DNA from: Scenedesmus sp. PABB004
Taxonomy: Eukaryota
Reading direction: 5' to 3'
Assembly: GCA_014905635.1 (NCBI GenBank)
Contig: JABVCE010000012.1
Location: forward strand, 248,001-312,000
Length of the DNA: 64,000 nt
The position numbers were made by a program, and so were the translations under genes. Numbering within the stretch: the stretch's first letter is position 1; every line of letters starts with the position of its first letter. This document shows positions 38,807 to 52,120 of the stretch, piece after piece. The notes beneath the pieces were generated by a model. That model had not been told where the DNA came from. It made no database searches and was given only the letters and a program-made list of their open reading frames with translations.

Positions 38807-39398
38807 CGCGCGCTGGCAACCGGCTGGCTGCGCAAGCGACGGCAGCAACTGGCGCGCGCGCACGCGCGCGCGCACGTGCGCACGCTCGCCGCCGTGGGCG
38901 GCGCAGTGCATGCACCTGGGCCCTGCGCAGGGCCCAGGGCGCAGGCGCCGCCCGGCCGGCTGCCCGCGCCGCCGCCGAGCAGGCCTCCCCGCGGCACCCC
39001 GCCGCCCACAGTCGCCGCCCTCAGCGCCTCCCTGCCACACGCACGCACGAGCGCCGGCCGCGGCCCACAGCTCCCCCACGCACACGCGCCGCCGCCGCTG
39101 CCCAGCGCCCACCCCACGCCCGCGGCGCGCCCCTGGCCAGGCGGGGCGCGGACCCGCGGGCGCCTGGTGACTAGGCCGTGCCGCCCAGTGCAGCGCCAGG
39201 CGAGCCGTGCGCGCGGGCAGGCAGTGAGGGGAGCGGCGGCGGCGGGCGGGCGGCGCTGCGCGGCACCCGCTGCGGGCGGCGGGGGCACCAGCGGTGCGCG
39301 GCGGGCGGGCGTGTGGCGTGGAACGCCGTGCCTGCGCGCCCCGAGCGTCGCTGGCAGGCTCGCCGCCGCGCCGCCGCGCCGTGGGGCGGGGCGCCGCA

Positions 39399-39456
<58 letters not shown>

Positions 39457-39542
39457 ACTGCGCTCACGCCGCCCGCGCGCTCACGCCAGCTGCCGCGGCG
39501 CTTGCTGCTCCCTGCCCGGCCCGCAGGCCCCCAGCACTCGCC
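38807..39542 (+). repeat. Conserved upstream non-coding module, copy 5 (CTG run expanded at 39401-39456)
   Basis: GCGCGCTGGCAACCGG, then shared blocks. Confidence 0.85.
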
Positions 39543-40494
39543 ATGTCCTCTGCGCCGGCGGGCAAGCGGCGTGCCGGGCCGACCACGCGCGCGCAGGCGG
39601 CCGCAGCGGCGGGCGAGCTGCAGCTCGCCGCCCAGCAGCTGCTGGGCGGCGCGGAGGCGGCGCCGAGGTGGGAACGCTGCTGCTGCTACTGCTGGCTGGC
39701 CATATGGGCGATGAGCAGCGAGTCACAGCCAGCTCCAGCACGCGCCGCCTCACCGCCGCACCCGCGCGCCCGCCCCGCCGCGCCGCCCCGCCAGCAGCCC
39801 GCTGCCGGAGCTGTCCATGCCCCTCGTGCTCCACGTCCTGAGCTTCCTGCCGCTGGCCCTGCAGGCGTGGACTGCCAGGCTGGTCTGCAAGGCGGCGCGC
39901 GAGCGCTTCCACGGCGCCACGGCCGTCTCGCTGCGCTGCCCCGAGCTGCCGCTGACGGCGGTGCAGGAGGCGTGGCGGGCGGTGCAGGGTGGCGGGTGGG
40001 AGCGGCGCTGGCTGGTCAGGGCGCGCGTGGCGTGTGGCGACGTGGCGGGGCTGGCCTGGCTGCGCGGCGCCGGCTGCGACCTGCAGCACGTGGTCGACGA
40101 AGCAGTACATCACGGCCAGGTCGCTGTGCTGGAGTGGGCGCGCGACGAGGGGCTGGACCTGCGGGACGTGTGCTACTTTGCAGCCGCAGCCGGGCAGCTG
40201 GGCGTGCTGCGCTGGGCGCGCGCGCAGACGCCGCCGCTGACATGGGACGAACACGTGTGCGCCTGGGCTGCGTGGCGCGGCGACGTGGAGATGCTGCGCT
40301 GGGCGCGCACCCAAGCCGAGCCCGCGCGGTGGGCCGAGAGCGTGTGCGAGGCGGCGGCTCTGCATGGGCACCTGGAGGCGCTGCGCTGGCTGCGCGCCAA
40401 CGGCTGCCCGTGGCAGCGCGCCACGTGCGAGCGCGTTGCGGCGCTCGAGGGCCACGAGGCTGTGGTCGCATGGATCCGCGAGCAGCCCGAGTGA
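39543..40494 (+). CDS. F-box/ankyrin-repeat cassette gene, copy 5 (intact)
   Basis: Exon 1 39543..39667, phase-2 intron, exon 2 39798..40494: LPELSMPLVLHVLSFLP..RLVCKAARERF..AALHGHLEALRWLRANGCPW..QPE-stop. Confidence 0.85.
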
Positions 40495-40572
40495 GTTTGG
40501 GGCGGGAGAGGGGTTGAACCTCCTGCCGCGCCAGCACTTGCAGCGACCGCGGCGACGCGCGCCGCCGCCGGC

Positions 40573-43500
40573 TCACGCGCCGAGGCCGTTCAGAGCCAGC
40601 CACGCCGCGATGCTCGGCGGCCGGCCCATGAGGCGCGCGAACACCTCGCCCGGCGCGACCGAGCCGCCCAGGCTCAGCACGGTGCCGCGGTAGCGCCGCC
40701 CGAGCGCCGCGAGCGCGGCGGGGTCGCGCGCGGCCGCCGCAAACGCGCCGTGGATGTCGGCGCTCATCACGTCCGCCCTGCGCGCGGTGCGGCGCCTCGG
40801 GGCTCAGCGGCGCCGGCAGCTCTCCTGCCCGCCGGCGGCGCGCAGCGCGCCGCGGCCGGCTACCTGGCCGGCTGAGGCAGGCTGCGGCCGGCCGGCCGGC
40901 CCTGACCCAACCCTGCAGGTCCCGCGCGCGCACCAGTAGTAGCTGTAATAGCCCGCCTCATACCCAAAGTAAAAGAGGTGTTTGAACTGATTCAGCCAGC
41001 GGTCGCCGCTCCACGGCGCGAGCGGCTGCCGGCGCGCGTGCGCAGCGCAGCGTGCCGGGCGGGCGTGGGCGCGGCCGCGCGCGCGCGCGCACGCAGGCCC
41101 CCGGCGGCGCAGGCCTTGGCGCGGCGGCCCGCGCTCCGCGCCGCACCACGGTCTGGCTGAAGGTCTGCAGGTACACCTCGGCCGGCGTCGGCCCGCCCGG
41201 CGCGCCCGGCTCGTACGTCGTGTGCAGGCGCAGGTCGGTGAGCACGCGGGCCATCTGGCTCGCAAAGAGCGTGCCTGGGCGCCGCGGCGGCAGCGGCGGG
41301 CGCGGGCCGTCAGCCCTGACTGTGTGAGCGCCCCTCGCCCCTTCCTCACCAGGCACCTGCCTCGAGCCCCTCAGCCTCCCCAGCTGTGGGCCCCCGCCTC
41401 ACCCTTGCGGTAGCGCTGGAGCGCCGCGACCTGGTCAAACGTGCCGTCCGGCGGCGGCGCGCCGCTGTCGACGTGGCGCGCGAGGCCCGCAAACGTGGTG
41501 GCGTCAAAGACGAACTTCTCCTGCGCCATGCTCGGCAGCTCCACCGCGTCGAGCTCGATGTTGCTGCAGGGGGCGGGCGAGGTGGCCGGGGCGGGGGCGG
41601 GTCGGTCAGGTGATCAATCAGATCAGGCGGGCGGGTGGGCGGAGCGGTCAGGTCGCAAGGAGCGGCGCGGCGGCGCGGCGGCGGCAGAGCAGCACGTGCG
41701 GCAGGGCCGGACGTGGGCCGGCGGCGGCGCGCGGGCACGGGCGCGGGGCGAGGCCCCGCACCGGATGCCGGCGGTGAGCCCGAGGCGCGCCGTGGTGAGC
41801 ATGTCCTGCAGCGCGTGGCCGGCCTCATGGAAGAGGGTCTCGACGTCGCGCAGCGTCAGGAGGCTCGGCCGCCCGCCCGCCGGTGGCGCCTGGTTGCACA
41901 CAATCGCCACGCTCGGCAGCCACCCCGGCGCGGACGCCAGCCAGTCGGCCTGCGCGCGCGCGAGGCCGGGCGCGAGCGGCGCGCCCGCGGCCGCGGCCGC
42001 GCCCGCGCCCGCCGCGGCCGCCGCGGCCGCCGCGGCGGCGGGGCTCGGCCCGCGCCAGAAGCGCGCGCGCGGGAGCAGGCCCTGCTCCCACGCGCCGCTG
42101 CCCTTCTGCCCCGGCCGGGCGTAGAGGTCGGCATAGAGGTACGCGATGGGGTCGCCTGGCGCCGACGCGTCGGCCACGCCGTACGCCACGACGTCGGGGT
42201 GCCACACGGGCGGCTGCGGGTCCAAGCGGCTGATGACGACGCCATACGTGCGCGCGATGAGCTGCGGGTGAATGCAGGTGCGGGCGCGTGCAGGTGTGAG
42301 CGCGGAGGGTGTGACGCCGGCCCGCCGCCCAGCAGGCACCCGGCCAGGTCGAAGTCTGGCAGCGCCACCGCCGCTGCGCAGCTCACGTCAAAGAGGCCCG
42401 CCAGCACGCTGTCCTGGCCGAGGTAGGTCTGGAGGTCCTCCTGGCGCAGGTTGAAGCGGGCCTCAGACTGGCGCTCCGCCCAGAACGGCACGTCCCACCA
42501 CTCGAGCGACAGGCCGGGGTCGCCGCTCGCGTTGCGCGCAAACGCCACGAGCTCTGCGGTGGCGGCGGCGGCGGCAGCGCGCTGGGCGCTCGCTGCGCAA
42601 GCGCGGTCCGGGAAGGCCAGGGCGCGGCGCAGCTGCGTGCGCCGTCGCCGAACCCTCGTGCTCGCGCTCCGCCGCGGGGCGTGCGGCGACGACCATCTGC
42701 TCCATCAGGTTGGTCGCCTCGGCCATACTCGCCATCTGGCGGCGCAGCGGCGGCACAGCGTCGTTAGGTCGGCGGCCGGCGCCGGCGGGGCCCGGCCCCC
42801 TCGTGCAGCCCCCCCCCCCCCCACACACACACACGCAGCCCCCGCACAGCGGCCCCGCCGCGGCGGCGCCTCACGCGCGTGGTCGCCTTGAAGTCGCCCC
42901 AGCTGTCATACCCGAGCAGCCCAGCCAGGCGGCGGCGCAGGGAGAGAATCTCGTCGATGGTGGCCGTGTTGTCGAAGCGCCCCGACGCGGCCGTGGTCTT
43001 GTCGGCCTGCGCGGCGCGCGTTGAGCTCGCCCGCTGCCGCGGCGGCGGCGCGCCGCCGACCCGCGGGCCGCGCCGCGTTGCGGCCCCTCCTGCCCTCCCC
43101 GCCGGCCGGCACCTTGAACAGGGCCTCCCGCAGGCTGCGGTCGGTGGCGGAGGTCATCACGCTGGTGTAGATGCTCGGGTCCAGGCTGAGCAGCCACGGC
43201 CCCGCGCCCGCCGCGCCCGCCGCGCCGCCGCCGCCGCCGCCCACGCCGCCGTGGCCCGCCGCGGCCGCGGCCGCCGCGGCGGCGTCGCGCGTCGCCGCGG
43301 GCAGGCCGGCGAGGCGGGCGGGGTCGGTGACGAGCAGCTGGAACGCCTGCGGGCCGCGGGGCCGCCGGCGAAACAACAGCGGGGCAGGGTCTAGCACGCC
43401 GGCGGCGTGCGCTGGCTCGCCAGGCTCGGCCGCCGCGCGCGCGCACGCCCAGCCGGCCGTCGAGCCCGCGGCGGGGGCGAGCGGCGGCGGCTCTGCGCGC

Positions 43501-44227
43501 GCACCGCCTTGGCGTCGAGGACGTTGTTGTTGAAGGTGTTTTGCAGCGCCTGCAGCTGCCCGCTGAGGCCGTTGAACGTATCGCGCTCCTCGCCGGCGAG
43601 CCCGACGCCCGCGTTGCGCATCTCCTGCAGCGTCCGCGCCACCAGGCGCGCCTCGTCCGCGGCGAGCCCCGGCGCGCGCTGCAGCGCGGCCAGCGCGGCA
43701 AAGACCGGCGCGCTCTGCCCGAGCCGCAGGTCAAACTCGACCTGCAGCGGCGTGACCGCCTCGACCGCGGCGCGCAGCGCGTCGCTGCTCATGACGCCGC
43801 TGAGGTGGCTGACCGCGCCCGACACGGCGTCGTAGCGCAGCCGGATCTGCGTGAGCGGCGCCATCACGCGCTCAAACGTCAGCCCCCCGCCGCCGGCCGA
43901 CAGCGCGCCCGCGAGGTCGGCCTCCAGCAGCTCCAGGCTCGCTGTCTCCTCGGCGATGACCTGGCGCAGCGCGGGCTCGACATGCTCCGCCCGGATCGCG
44001 TCCCAGGGAAGGAACTGGCGCTGTCCGTCGAGCAGCGGGTTGGCCGCGGCCGCGCCGGCCGCTGGCGCGCTCGCGACGCCCACGGCGGCGGCGGCGCGGG
44101 TCGGAGGAGGCGCGGCGGCGCCCGCCGAGCTGCGCGCCGCGCGCGCGCGCAGGACGTCCGGCTCGGGCGCGCCGTCGGGCGCGGCCGTGATGCCTGCGGT
44201 GCGCGGCGGGCAGCGGCGGGCGGCCAT
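40573..44227 (-). CDS. Oligopeptidase A (peptidase M3A), multi-exon; start uncertain
   Basis: NPLL..LPWDAIRAEHVEPA, WDVPFWAERQ, WHPDV, YADLYARPGQKGSGAW, LFHEAGHALQ (HExxH), DAVELPS, FKHLF..GYEAGYYSY.W. Confidence 0.9.
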
Positions 44228-44688
44228 TCGGGTGCCGACGGGTTCTCCGGCATCTCACCGAACTGCCGCCGAGCCCGTCAGGGCCAGCGGGCGCGCAGGC
44301 CGGCGCCGGCCTGCTTCCCGCCATCGGGAATGCGCACCCGCGAGTGCGAGCGCCAGAAGCAGCGACGCCGCGACCACCAGATTTGTACGCATCCTGCGCA
44401 TCTCTGGGCGGCGCGGGGGGCCGCGCGCGGACGGGCGGGGGGCGCGGAGCGCGGCTGCGTCCGCGGCGAGCGCGCGGGCCGGCAGGGCCGATGCCGTCGA
44501 GCGCGGGCGACCGCTCGACGAGACAGTCGCGTTTACAGCTCGACGACGCGCCCGCAGCTGCGGGCGCAGCACCTGCACGGAAGAGAGACGGGCGCGGCGC
44601 CGGCCGCGCCGCCGGCAGCAGCTGCTGCCGGCGGCAGCTGCTGCCGGCGCGCCGCCCGCCGCCCTCCCGCTCGCGCGCCGGCGACGCC

Positions 44689-46058
44689 TCACGTCAGCCC
44701 GAACGCCGCCTTGGTGCGCGCCTCCACGCGCGCCCGCGCCGCCTCGCGCCGCGCCTGCGCCTCGGCCTCCGCCGGGTCGACCGGCTTGCGGCCCTTGCCC
44801 GCCGGCGCGTCGTCGCGCTTGCGCTGCGCCGCGGCGCCGGCGGCGCGGCGTGAGCGCCAGCGCGCCCGCTCCCGCAGCCGCGCCGCGTGCGCCGCGCCGC
44901 ACCTTTGCCGCCGCCGCCGCTGCGCCAGCGTCCGCCGCGCCGACGCCCTTGGCGCCGCCGATGCGCCCCGCGACGGGCATCTGGTGCCCGCCCACGGCGC
45001 TCTGCGGGTGCGCCGGCAGCGCGACGACCTTCTTCACCACCCGCGCCGCCGCGCCGCCGCCGCCGCCGCCGCCGGCAACCGCTGCTGCCGCGCTGGCGCC
45101 GCCGCCGCCGGCGGCCGCGCCGCCGGCCGGCGGCGGCGCCCACGGCGGCGCGGGGCCGCCGCTGTGCGGCGCGACGCCCCACATCGCCGCGGAGGGCAGG
45201 CCGGCGGGGCTCTGCGTCCACGCGACCGGCTCGCCGCCGTAATAGTAGGCGGTCTTGGTGTCGTAGTACCACCTGGTTTTTTAGGGGTTGGGGCCGAGCC
45301 GCGGCGGGGCGCGGCGGGGCGCAGCGGGGCGCAGCAGGCGGGCGCGTCGGGCGGGCGCGTGTCGCAGACGTGGCGGGCGCGCGGCGCGGCAGCAGGCGCC
45401 GCGCGCCGCCGCAGCAGGCCGCGGGCTGCGGGCGCGCCTGTGCTTTGCGTTGTAATAGAGTTGGCTGCCCGCGTTCCACTCCCAGCTGCCCGCCGCGGCC
45501 GCGGCGGCCGCCTGGTCGGCGGCGTACTGCTTCGCCGCCGCGGCCTCGATGCCCTCGAACGCCTCGGCCGCCGCGTCGGCCTCCTTCTTGTCCGCGTCGG
45601 CGCGCTTCGACATCGCCCGGATCTCTGTGGACCGCGGGGGCCGGGGGCGGTGGGCGCGGTCCTGCGTCGCTACGGCGCCGGCGGCAGCCGCCGGCCGGCC
45701 CCACGGCGCCGGCGCCACAGCGCGGCGCGGCGCGCGGGCCCCCGCCAGGCCCCGGGCCGGCCCGTGTGGCCGCGCGCGGGCGCCACGCACTGCGCTGCAG
45801 GTTTTCCTGGTGCTTCGCGCCGCGCTCGTGGTTGAGCTTGGCCGCGTTGGTGTCGTTCATCCAGCACCGGCACAGCTCGCACCAGTGCATCGCGTGCGAC
45901 TTCCAGTACTGCGGCGGCGACGCGGCACAGAGGGGCGGCAGGCGGCGGGCGGCCGGCGGGCGCTGCGTCGCGCGCGGCCCGGGCGGCGCGCTCGGCGCGG
46001 CTGCCCGCGGCCCTGGGCGGCGCCCGGCCATCCCCAGCCCCCCCCGCACCTCCGTCAT
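44689..46058 (-). CDS. ZOP1: U1/matrin-type zinc finger + OCRE-domain protein (ZOP1-like)
   Basis: MTE|YWKS..HWCELCRCWM..NHERGAKHQEN; OCRE WEWNAGSQLYYN..WYYDTKTAYYYGG; C-terminal REAARARVEAR..FGL. Confidence 0.82.
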
Positions 46059-46628
46059 GGCCGGTCCCCGCGCGCTGCGACGGCCCGGCCGGGCGCGGCA
46101 GGGGGGAGCGGGCGCCGCCGCTGCTGCTGTCGCGCGTGCGGCGTGGCGGCTGCTACTGCTGGTGGGCCACCGGCGGCGCTGCTGGACCGGCTTTGTGTGG
46201 GCAGGCTGCTCCGGCGGTCGGGCGTGTGTGCTGGGGGCGAAGGCTGGGCGGCGTGCTGCGTTGCGGCCGAGCAGCAGCAGCAGCGCCGAGGAGGCTGCGC
46301 GAATGGGATGTGGTGTAAATGACCGGGCCTGAGAGATGCGCGCTGGCTCAAGTCGGCGGGCTCGCGCGGGGCACAAGTGGATGCACCGCGAAGCGATTGC
46401 TCTGCCTCCTGCCGCTCCGCGCCCACGCGCCGCCACGCCGCCCGCACACCGCCCGCGCCCCGCTCCACTCCGCGCGATCAAGCAGGTGCGCGCACGCCCT
46501 CAGTCGCTGCAGCGGCCAAGGGCGCTGCTGCGGTGCCTGCTGTCCCCAGCGCGCGCCCGCTGAGGCCTGCGCCCCGCCCGCAGGCGTCCCACCCCGCCGC
46601 CCTCGAAGCCTCCCCCCGCACACGCAGC

Positions 46629-47437
46629 ATGGCGGCCCGCAGGTGCGGCGCGCGGCCGACGGTTAAGGCGCGCAGCGAGCGCCCCGGCCCGCGATTGGCG
46701 GTCCGGCGAACGGTGGACACCGCCGGGCCGGCGCTGGGCGCTGCGGGGCGGGCCGGCGGCGTCCGGCGCGCCGGGGGCGGGCCATCATCACGCCCGGTGG
46801 CCCCCCGGCCGCTCCCGGCGTGCAGCAGCGAGCCCGGCGCCGGCCCAGGCGCCGGCGGGCCGGGCGGGGGAGATATGGGCCATGAGCCTGGCGTTGTTGT
46901 GCGACCGTCGCCGACGCCGCCGCCGCTGCGCGCGCCCGCCGCCGCAGGTACTGGCTGCTGCTCGCCGTGGCGGCCCTGCTCGTGGCGGCGCCCCTGGCGC
47001 GCTGCCAAGACGAGGACGACGAGCCGGAGGTCTTCGTCGACGCGGCGGAGGAGGCCGCGCCGGAGCCAGCAGCCGCCGCGGGCGCCGCCGGCTACGAGCA
47101 GTACAAGGAGCTCGCGACCGAATACCTCAACAAGGGCGTCGAGCTCGGCAAGGGTGCGGCCTCACGGACGGCGGCTGCCAGCGGCGGTCGCCAGCAGCGG
47201 CTGGGCCGCGCGGCGCTCGCCGTCGGGGGCCCGCGTCGTGCGCTCCGCCCCCAACCCATCGCCCCGCTGACCGCCGCCGCGCCCGGACCCGGGCCTGCGC
47301 CCCGCGCGCCGCGCCGCGCAGTGTACGCCGCGCAGGCGCAGGAGCTCGCGACCGAGTACCTCGGCACGGCGCAGGAGTACGTGGCGACCACGCTCGACAA
47401 GCTTGGCATCAAGACGGGCAAGAAGACCGAGCTCTGA
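46629..47437 (+). CDS. Small predicted ER-lumenal protein (signal peptide, C-terminal KTEL), 3 exons
   Basis: ATGGCGGCCCGCAG|GT spliced to YWLLLAVAALLVAAPLARC; internal ELATEYL repeat; ends GKKTEL-TGA. Confidence 0.65.
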
Positions 47438-48140
47438 GCGCTGAGCGCTGAACCTTGAGCGCCGAGCGCCGAGCGCAGCACGGCCGCTGCAGCCGCGGCG
47501 CCGCGCCCGCGGCGCGCGGCGCGCGGGCGGGGCGCGCGGCTCACTGCGACGTGAGCGGCCGGAGCCCCGCGCCGCGCGCTGGCTGCGGGGCGGGCGCGGG
47601 GCGGGGCGGCGCGCGCGGCCGCGGGCCGGCCGGGCGGCGCGGGCGCGGGCGGGCGGCGGGTCAGCGCAGGGCGCGGGCGGCCGCTGCGCGGCGCCGCGCG
47701 GCGCCGCTGCCGGCGCGGCCCCGCCCTTGGCGGCAGCTGGCGGGTTTGGTGGGCGGGGCGGGAGCAGTCGGGCGGACCGCAGTGACTTGCAGTTGCGCGC
47801 TCGACACCCTCCGGCTTGCGGCGCCACGCTCGCGGGTAACGCACGCAAGCGATGCCGCGGCGGTCGGCTGGTTTCCGGACCGTTTTCTCCCGCGCGGCCA
47901 CGACGCAGCGTCCGGACGGACGGCAGCGGCGCGTTTGCTCGCGGCGGTGACGGGCGGCGGCAGCGAGCCCGCGCCCGCCCTCCGCACGCGCGCCAGTCTG
48001 CACTCGCGGTCCCGCGCTCGAACAGGCCCGGCAGGTTGGCCGCCGCCGGTTCGCCGGCCGATCAGCACGCGAGTGCCTTGCCGCCCTCGCCTGGGCGGCA
48101 CTCTCCGCGCGGCGCCTCCGCGCCCGAGCGGTATCACGGC

Positions 48141-50210
48141 ATGGCGCGCGCCAGGTGCGCCCCGGCGTGGGTCCAGCCGCGCGCGCCGGTGCGCGCCGCG
48201 CCGCCGACCGGCGCTGCTGCTGCCGCCGCCCGCGCAGGCTCGCGCTTGGCCTGCTCGCCTGCTGCTGCCTCGCCCTGGCGGCCGCGCAGGACGGCGAAGG
48301 CGAGGACCCGCTGGAGGGCCTGGTCCCGCCCATGGGCGGCGGCGGCCCGGGCGGCATGATGGGCGGCGGCGATCCGCAGAAGGCCAAAGCGGTCGTGTCG
48401 GGTGCGCGCGAGGCCGCCGCGTCCGCCGCCGCCGCCGCCGCCGCCACCACCATCAGCAGCAGCAGGGGCCTCCCGCGCCCGCCGCCCACGCCCGCCCGCC
48501 CACGCCCACGCCCGGCCGCCCGCCAGACCTTCCCTTCATCCGCTGCGCCGCGTGCGAGGCGTTTGTGAAGCAGGCGGGCCGCATGGTCAAGGCACTGCGC
48601 GCAGAGCTCAAGCCCGGCGCGAGCGTGCGTGGCGGCGCGCGGCGCGGCGCGGCGCGGCGCGTCATGCGGCCGCGCGGGGCTGCGCGCGGGCAGCAAACGG
48701 CCCCGCAGCCGGGGGCGGCGTGCCGCCGACGGCTCGCACGCACGCATACGCGCGCTCCAACCATCACCCGCGCCCCTTCGCCCACCATCCGCGCCCATTC
48801 CGACGCTCCACTGCGCCGCCGCCGCCGCCGCGCTGCCGCTCTTGCCGCTCCGCCGCCGCCGCCTCCGCCGTCTGCAGCTCGACGAGGAGCGCATCATCGA
48901 CGGCCTGGAGACGATGTGCGACCCGGGCAAGCCCGCGGGGCAGTGGATCACACACTACGACATCGTGGAGGCCGGCGACGCGCTGCGCCTCGTCGACAAG
49001 GGACTGGTGCGGCCGCGGCGGCCGCGGCGGTCGCGGCGGCGGCCGCGGCGGCGGCGGGAGGGAGGAGGCCGGGGGCAGCAGCGCGGCGGCGGCGGAGGCG
49101 GCGGCGCAGGGGAAGGAGCGCGGCGCGCCGCGCTCACCTGCGTGCCGTGTCTGTCGCCGCCGCTGCGCGCGCAGCCGAGCGTGTGCAACAGCGAGTGCGC
49201 GACGCTCGCGCGCGCGTGCGCGGGCGTGGCGGAGGCGCTGGACCTCATAGACCTCAGCGAGGCGCTCTACGCGGGCGCCTCCCGCGCGGCGCTCACGCAG
49301 CTCGCCTGCTACGACGCCAGCGCCGCGTGCCGCACCAAGCCGCCGCCCGTGCCCAAGGTGCGCGCGCGCGCGCGCCGCGCGCCGCGCACGTGCGCGCTCC
49401 GCGTGCCGTGCGCCCGCGGCTGCCGCGCGGCGCCGACGCCACGCGCGCCGCGCGCGCGCCAGGGCCGCGCGCCCGGGCCGGCGCACGAGCCGATGAGCGC
49501 GGACGAGATGACGCGGGAGGCGCTGATGGCGGCGCTGAAAAAGTCGGGGCTCGGGGGCGAGATGTACAAGCGGGACGAGGTGGTGGAGAAGCTCAAGGGC
49601 CTGCAGGCGCGGCGCGGGGCGCGGGGCGGCGCGGGGCGGTGCGGCGCGGCGCGGGGCGGCGCGGGGGCGCGGGGCGCGGGCGCGGGGCAGGGCAGGGTTG
49701 CTGGCGGCGCAGGGGCAGAGCGGGGCGGGGCAGGGCGGGGCGGGCGCCCGCGCCTCGCCGACCGAGGCCCGCCCTGCCGCCGCCGCCGCCGCCGCCGCTG
49801 CTGTGCGCACGCAGGAGCGCGCGGACGGCGGTGAGTTTCCCGAGGTCGCGCTGCAGGAGGCGGGCGCGGGTGGCGACGACGCCGGCGCGCCCGCGGAGCG
49901 CGCCGCCGAGCCGGCGCCCGTGCGCGTCGCGCGGCCGGCGCCGCGCGACGACGGCGTGCTGCGCGACAGCGTGACGGGCGAGCCGCTCACGGCGGAGCAG
50001 CTGGGCCAGCTCAACGACCTGCTGCTGCAGGCCAAGGCCACGGTGACGGGCGCGATTGACCGCGTCGCGTCGTGGATCCCCGGCGGCTTTGCGCTGCGCG
50101 ACCGGCTGTACGCCAAGGCCGCGCAGTGGGTCGCGGCGCTCAACGCGGCCGACGAGGAGCACTCGCACGCGGCCGCGGGCGGCGCGCGCGCGGTCGCGGG
50201 CGAGCTGTGA
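48141..50210 (+). CDS. SES1: Saposin-like ER chaperone similar to Arabidopsis SES1, multi-exon
   Basis: Signal peptide; DLPFIRCAACE, IIDGLETMC..WI..DIVEAGD.L.LV, CNSECATLARAC, ACRTKPPPVPK.R.PG; ends AGEL. Confidence 0.72.
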
Positions 50211-50462
50211 GCGAGCGAGCGGGGCGCGCGACACGGGGGAAGGGGAGGGGGGCTGACTGTGACGTCACGCAGTCCGCGCAGGTGCGCTGCATGGGCGGTC
50301 GAGTTTTTCCGTTGCCAGCGCACGCGCCGCCCTCGCCCCTCGCCCCTCGCCCCGTCTCGCCAGCAACATCACTCGGAGCTTGCTGTCTCCCAGTCCGAGC
50401 TGGAGTCGTCATCCTCCCCACATCCCCCCGTCCCCCTCCCCTCCCCGTCCCCCTCGTCCGAG

Positions 50463-51392
50463 TCAGAGCCTGTCCTCCGGCACCGCGGGCTGCGCCCGGA
50501 TCCACGCGACCACGGCCTCGTGGCCGTTGTGTGCTGCGCAGACCTCGCAGTTGCTGCGCCACCACGGGCAGCCGCCGGCACGCAGCCAGCGCAGCACCTC
50601 CAGCTGCCCGGCCGCAGCCGCCGTCTCGCACGTGAGCTCGTCCAGCGGCATGGGCTCGGCCTGGGCGCGCGCCCAGCGCAGCATCTCCAGGTCGCCGCGC
50701 CGCGCAGCATTGTGGCACTCAGCGCCGCCCCAGGGCAGCGGCGGCGCCTGCGCGCGCGCCCAACGCAGCACCGCGAGCTGCCCGCCCACGGCTGCTGCGT
50801 TGCACACGCCCCCCAGGTCCAGCCCCTCGTCGCGCGCCCACTCCAGCACGGCGAGCTGGCCGTGCTCCGCTGCTGCCCAGCCCACGCTGCCCATGGCGCA
50901 GCCGGCGCCGTGCAGCCAGGCCAGCCCCGCCATGTCACCGCACGCCACGCGCGCGCTGGCCAGCTGCCGCTGCTTCATCCCATCACCCTGCACCGCCCGC
51001 CACGCCTCCTGCACCGCCGCCAGCGGCAGCTCGGGGCAGCGCAGCGAGACGGCCGTGGCGCCGTGGAAGCGCTCGCGCGCCGCCTTGCAGACCAGCCTGG
51101 CAGTCCACGCCTGCAGGGCCGGCGGCAGGAAGCTCAGGACGTGGAGCACGAGGGGCTCGGGCAGGTCCCGCCACAGGCTGCTGGCGGTGGCGCGCGCGGG
51201 GCAGGGCGGGCGGGCGGTGAGGCGGCGCGCGGCGCGTGCTGGCTGCAGTTCGGCGCTCAGCGCCCGCCTGGCCAGGCAGCACCAGCAGCAGCCCGCCCAC
51301 CTCGCCTCCACGTCCTCGCCGCTGGCCGCCTCGCCCACCGCCGCTGCCGTGGTCGGCCCGGCGCGCCGCGCGCCCGCCGGCGCAGCAGACAT
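50463..51392 (-). CDS. F-box/ankyrin-repeat cassette gene, copy 6 (intact)
   Basis: Exon 1 51392..51301, exon 2 51177..50463: LWRDLPEPLVLHVLSFLPP..RLVCKAARERF..GQLEVLRWLRAGGCPW. Confidence 0.85.
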   Translation of the reverse strand: MSAAPAGARRAGPTTAAAVGEAASGEDVEARWAGCCWCCLARRALSAELQPARAARRLTARPPCPARATASSLWRDLPEPLVLHVLSFLPPALQAWTARLVCKAARERFHGATAVSLRCPELPLAAVQEAWRAVQGDGMKQRQLASARVACGDMAGLAWLHGAGCAMGSVGWAAAEHGQLAVLEWARDEGLDLGGVCNAAAVGGQLAVLRWARAQAPPLPWGGAECHNAARRGDLEMLRWARAQAEPMPLDELTCETAAAAGQLEVLRWLRAGGCPWWRSNCEVCAAHNGHEAVVAWIRAQPAVPEDRL

Positions 51393-52120
51393 GGCACGGC
51401 CTGGGTGCCTGAGTGGCAGCAGGGAGCAGCGGGCGGGGCACCGGCGACGTGCGGGTGAGCGTGCGGGCGGCGTGAGCGCAGCAGCAGCAGCAGGCACCTC
51501 AAAGAGTGAGTGCTCGCTCGCCCGGCGCCCCCCACCCCGGGGCGGCGGCGCGCGGCGGGCCTGCCAGCGGGCCCGGGGCGCGCAGTCCCGGCCGCCCACG
51601 CAACACGCCCGCCCGCCGCGCACCGCCGCAGCCCGCACCGCCCGCAGCGGCGCCTCCCAGCGCAGACCGCCCGCTGCCGCTGCCTCCCCGCCCGCCCGCG
51701 CGCGCGGCTCGCCTGGCGCTGGGAGGAACGGCCCCGCCGTCACGCGCCCGACGCGCGTCGCCCCGCCTGGCTAGGGGCACGCCGCGGGTGGGGGCGGGCG
51801 CTGGGCGGCGGCGCGGCGCGGTGCGTGCGGGAGCTGTGGGCGCCGGCCGGCGCTCGTGTGCGTGTGTGGCGGGGGGTGGGGGGGGGGGGCTGTGTGCGGC
51901 GGCTGTGGGCGGCGGGCAGCGCGCGCCGGAGGCCTCCTCGGCAGCGGCGCGGGCAGCCGGCCGGGCGGCGCCTGGGCCCTGCACCGCCGCCCGCCCGCCG
52001 ACGCCGTGTGGGCGGCGACGCGCTGCCGCCGCCAGCGCCCGGTGGGCACGGCGAGCTGTCCGCCTCCGCCGCTGGGCCCTGCACGGCGGTCACAGCGCGA
52101 CACCGATCGGCCGGTTGCCC
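51393..52120 (-). repeat. Conserved upstream non-coding module, copy 6
   Basis: Reverse complement shows GGCAACCGG and the shared blocks. Confidence 0.8.
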
